A stretch of DNA of 24,000 nucleotides from Desulfobacteraceae bacterium (lineage in GTDB: Bacteria > Desulfobacterota > Desulfobacteria > Desulfobacterales > JAUWMJ01): the NCBI GenBank assembly GCA_030612225.1, contig JAUWOH010000005.1, positions 1 to 24,000 of the forward strand. The letters are read 5' to 3'. Positions 21,384 to 24,000 of the stretch are shown piece by piece. Numbering within the stretch: the stretch's first letter is position 1; each line of letters starts with the position of its first letter. The notes under the pieces are model-generated. The model searched no databases. It was not told where the DNA came from and saw only the letters and a program-made list of their open reading frames with translations. Both the position numbers and the translations under genes were made by a program.

Positions 21384-22181
21384 TTGAAAATTGCAGTTTC
21401 AGCTGATGGTCCAGACCTGGAATCTGAAGTAGGACAAAGGTTTGGAACCTCAAAATACTTTATAATTTTTGATAAAGAAACTCTTGCTTTTGAGTCTATA
21501 CCAAATCCAGGCGCTTCAAGCGACAGCGGTTCAGGTGTGCAGGCCATTATACTGGTTGTCGGCAAAAAAGTTGACACAGTTTTGACTGGATACTGCAGCC
21601 CGACAGCAATGGGTCACCTCACTAAAAATGGAATCAAGATAGTAACAGGTGTTGACGGTAATGTTTACGATGCTGTTAAAAGATATAAAGAGAGTGAGTT
21701 AAAACACATCAAAGAGACTGACCATAAATCAGATTCATGGACCAGTGAAAATAATAGAGCAGCGATAGCTGGAGCATTTAAAAGCTCAGCCAGACAGTTT
21801 GTCAACATTCTACCCACACTGGCGGGTGTTGTATTGCTCATAGGCTTGTTTAATGCGCTAATGTCAAAAGAACTTTTATCTTTAGTTTTTTCTGGCAATG
21901 CTTTTTTTGATACCCTTTGGGGAGCATGTTTCGGCAGTATTTTCGCCGGAAATCCTGTAAACAGTTATGTCATAGGAGGAGAGTTGCTTAAATACGGTAT
22001 CAGTCTGTTTGCAGTTACTGCTGTTATTGTAGCATGGGTGACTGTGGGTTTAGTGCAAATGCCGGCAGAAATATCAGCTTTGGGCAGAAAGTTTGCCGTA
22101 GTCCGAAATGTCGTATCTTTTTTTATGTCTATAGCTGTAGCTGGCGCAACTGTATTGGTTTTTAACTCCATAAGGTGGTAA
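21384..22181 (+). CDS. Fusion protein: N-terminal NifB/NifX/NafY-like cofactor-binding domain plus C-terminal four-helix membrane domain (first half of a split permease)
   Basis: I place the start at TTG 21384 (giving MKIAVSADG...), 5 nt after SD GGAGG (21374-21378), instead of the track's TTG 21366. The first ~110 aa (KIAVSADGPDLESEVGQRFGTSKYFIIFD...GVQAIILVVGKKVDTVLTGYCSPTAMGHLTKNGIKIV) fit the dinitrogenase FeMo-cofactor-binding fold family. The C-terminal ~140 aa contain 4 hydrophobic segments. Confidence 0.65.
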   Translation: MKIAVSADGPDLESEVGQRFGTSKYFIIFDKETLAFESIPNPGASSDSGSGVQAIILVVGKKVDTVLTGYCSPTAMGHLTKNGIKIVTGVDGNVYDAVKRYKESELKHIKETDHKSDSWTSENNRAAIAGAFKSSARQFVNILPTLAGVVLLIGLFNALMSKELLSLVFSGNAFFDTLWGACFGSIFAGNPVNSYVIGGELLKYGISLFAVTAVIVAWVTVGLVQMPAEISALGRKFAVVRNVVSFFMSIAVAGATVLVFNSIRW

Positions 22182-22187
22182 ATTAAA

Positions 22188-22712
22188 ATGAACAAAGAGA
22201 AATCAAAGAGCATTACATGGAAAAAACGCACGATTCGGTTGATTCTATTTCCGGTTTTAATGCTGATTGTTTACGGATTCCTTTTTGCTGTTCTGCCGGA
22301 GAAAGCTATTGCAGCATTTAAAAGCAGCGGAAAGGTTTTCCTTAATATAACTATACCCCTTGGCTTTGTTTTCATTCTTTTGGTAATTTTTAATCTTTTT
22401 TTAAATCCCGCACATATTGTAAAACTTTTTGGTAAAAAGTCAGGTATTAAAGGAATCATTCTTTCATCAACAGCAGGGATCATTTCCATGGGACCGGTTT
22501 ATGCATGGTATCCTCTGCTCAGGGAACTGCGCAAAAAAGGCGCTGCAAATTATTTAATGGCCATTTTTATTAACAGCAGGGCTGTAAAGCCTTTTCTTTT
22601 GCCTGTAATGATTTCTTATTTTGGTGTAAGATATGTAATAGTGCTGACCGTGGTTACTGTGACAGGCACAATCGTTGCAGGGTACATTACAGGCGTTCTT
22701 AGTGGAGATTAA
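22188..22712 (+). CDS. Integral membrane protein, second half of the split permease (COG0701/ArsP-like)
   Basis: 174-aa ORF with 4-5 hydrophobic segments and SD AAGGTGG 7-8 nt upstream. It starts 6 nt after the previous stop, in the same frame. Confidence 0.6.
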   Translation: MNKEKSKSITWKKRTIRLILFPVLMLIVYGFLFAVLPEKAIAAFKSSGKVFLNITIPLGFVFILLVIFNLFLNPAHIVKLFGKKSGIKGIILSSTAGIISMGPVYAWYPLLRELRKKGAANYLMAIFINSRAVKPFLLPVMISYFGVRYVIVLTVVTVTGTIVAGYITGVLSGD

Positions 22713-24000
22713 TTTTTATAATGCTCACAAATCGCTTCGCACAGCCCTTTAATAGTGAAAGATTTTGCAACGATGTGAACGTCAAATCCTGATTTTTTAG
22801 CTGTTTCTGCAGTTATGGGGCCGATACTTGCGATTGTAACACCAGCCATAAGGGTTTTGAAATTGTCAGTAGGCAGAAGTTCCCTGAAATTTTTTACTGT
22901 GGATGAACTTGTAAAAGTTATCAGATCTATTTTTTTTTCTTGAAGTTTTTTTAATAGAAAATTCGCTCTGTCTGGAACTTTTTTTGTACAATATGCGGTA
23001 ATTTCATCAACAACGGCACCCATTTTTCCAAGTTCAACCGGAAGGATCAGTCTTGCTTCCTTAGCCCTGGGCAGGAGTATTTTTTTCCCGCTTATTTCCT
23101 TTTTGCCAAAGGCTTCAACGATAGACTCAGCCCTGTACGTTTCAGGAATAATATCGCTGTTCAGCCCAAAACTCAGGAGTTTTTTCGCTGTTGCAGGACC
23201 TATGCTCGCAGTTTGTAGATTGTACAGTGCACGGACATCCATACCTTTTGCGAAAAGTCTTTCAAAGAAAAACTTTACACCGTTTACACTGGTAAAGATC
23301 AGCCAGTCATAAGATGAAAGGTTTTCAATTGCCATGTCAATGGGCTTAAGATCATCAGGAGGTTGTATTTCAATAGTCGGGCACTCCAGACACTCGGCGC
23401 CAAGATCGGACAAAAGTCTGGTAAGGTCGCTTGCCTGCTCACGGGCTCGTGTTACAACGATTTTCTTTCCCATCAGCGGGCGGTTTTCAAACCACTTCAT
23501 GGATTGCCGCAGACTGACGACATCACCTACAATAATGACTGCGGGCGCTTTCATGCCGGCTTCATCGGCCTGATGGACAATCGTGTCGAGCGTGCCGGTC
23601 ACAGTAACCTGTCGGGATGTTGTCCCCCAGCGTACCAGAGCTACAGGTGTTTTTGGGGGTCTGCCATTTTTAATAAGTTTTTGAGTAATATTCGGCAGAT
23701 TTTTTATTCCCATCAAAAAAACAAGCGTTCCAATGCCCTTTGAGATAGATGCCCAATCGATATTTGATTCTGCCTTGTCCGGATCTTCATGGCCTGTAAT
23801 AAAGGCCAGGGTGGATGTAAATTTTCTGTGTGTCAGGGGTATCCCTGCATAAGCCGGGGCCGCAATTGCCGAAGTCACGCCAGGCACGATCTCAAACTCA
23901 ATTTTATTTTCTACCAGAACCTGAACTTCTTCCCCTCCCCTTCCGAAGATAAAAGGATCACCGCCTTTCAGCCGTGTAACCGTTGCACCTGCTTTTGCCT
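22709..24000 (-). CDS. cobA: Bifunctional uroporphyrinogen-III C-methyltransferase / uroporphyrinogen-III synthase (CobA-HemD fusion); 5' end lies beyond the right window edge
   Basis: The frame stays open to the window end. Hand translation of 23998-23882 gives AKAGATVTRLKGGDPFIFGRGGEEVQVLVENKIEFEIVPG, continuing into VTSAIAAPAYAGIPLTHRKF (SUMT signature). The C-terminal ~250 aa (KKIVVTRAREQASDL...) are HemD-like. This fusion is known from Desulfovibrio-type organisms. Confidence 0.85.
   Translation of the reverse strand, partial: AKAGATVTRLKGGDPFIFGRGGEEVQVLVENKIEFEIVPGVTSAIAAPAYAGIPLTHRKFTSTLAFITGHEDPDKAESNIDWASISKGIGTLVFLMGIKNLPNITQKLIKNGRPPKTPVALVRWGTTSRQVTVTGTLDTIVHQADEAGMKAPAVIIVGDVVSLRQSMKWFENRPLMGKKIVVTRAREQASDLTRLLSDLGAECLECPTIEIQPPDDLKPIDMAIENLSSYDWLIFTSVNGVKFFFERLFAKGMDVRALYNLQTASIGPATAKKLLSFGLNSDIIPETYRAESIVEAFGKKEISGKKILLPRAKEARLILPVELGKMGAVVDEITAYCTKKVPDRANFLLKKLQEKKIDLITFTSSSTVKNFRELLPTDNFKTLMAGVTIASIGPITAETAKKSGFDVHIVAKSFTIKGLCEAICEHYKN

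Noticed and set aside
22179-22190. Possible stop-codon readthrough or selenocysteine joining 21384..22181 and 22188..22712 (same frame)
   Set aside because: The stop is TAA, not TGA. The second ORF has its own strong SD (AAGGTGG), so two separate polypeptides is the simpler reading.

Overview
The window is a 24-kb chromosomal, housekeeping-type segment. I support 22 protein-coding genes, two of them cut by the window edges. I recognised no rRNA, tRNA, CRISPR array, transposase, integrase or reverse transcriptase. Gene content points to an anaerobic sulfate-reducer-like bacterium (Desulfobacterota/Desulfobacterales-like); this is inference only. The evidence for that is the siroheme-dependent (alternative) heme pathway genes (ahbD, hemB, ahbC and a cobA-hemD fusion), flavoredoxin, PPi-dependent phosphofructokinase and NifX-like small-domain proteins. 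Other genes: a polar amino-acid ABC transporter (permease plus binding protein), dimethylarginine dimethylaminohydrolase, a CBS-ACT protein, an O-methyltransferase, a NUDIX hydrolase, a higBA toxin-antitoxin pair, a soluble P-type-ATPase-like HAD protein, a PaaI thioesterase, and an M20 peptidase homologue - glucosyl-3-phosphoglycerate synthase - MoaA operon. Two things stand out. (1) About 4.4 kb (~18 percent) of the window is non-coding, and 9 of the 11 gaps longer than 150 nt are filled by one mosaic family of nested palindromic elements. These are built from recurring sequence modules plus locus-specific arms made of 7-10-nt tandem units. Several sit inside the heme gene string. I cannot assign them to a named repeat family. 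(2) There are unusual protein architectures. A ClpX paralogue lacks the zinc finger, carries a ~175-aa unassigned C-terminal extension and sits 26 nt upstream of ahbC. A NifX-like cofactor-binding domain is fused to one half of a split permease. All coordinates and alignments were made by eye from the sequence. No database search was run.
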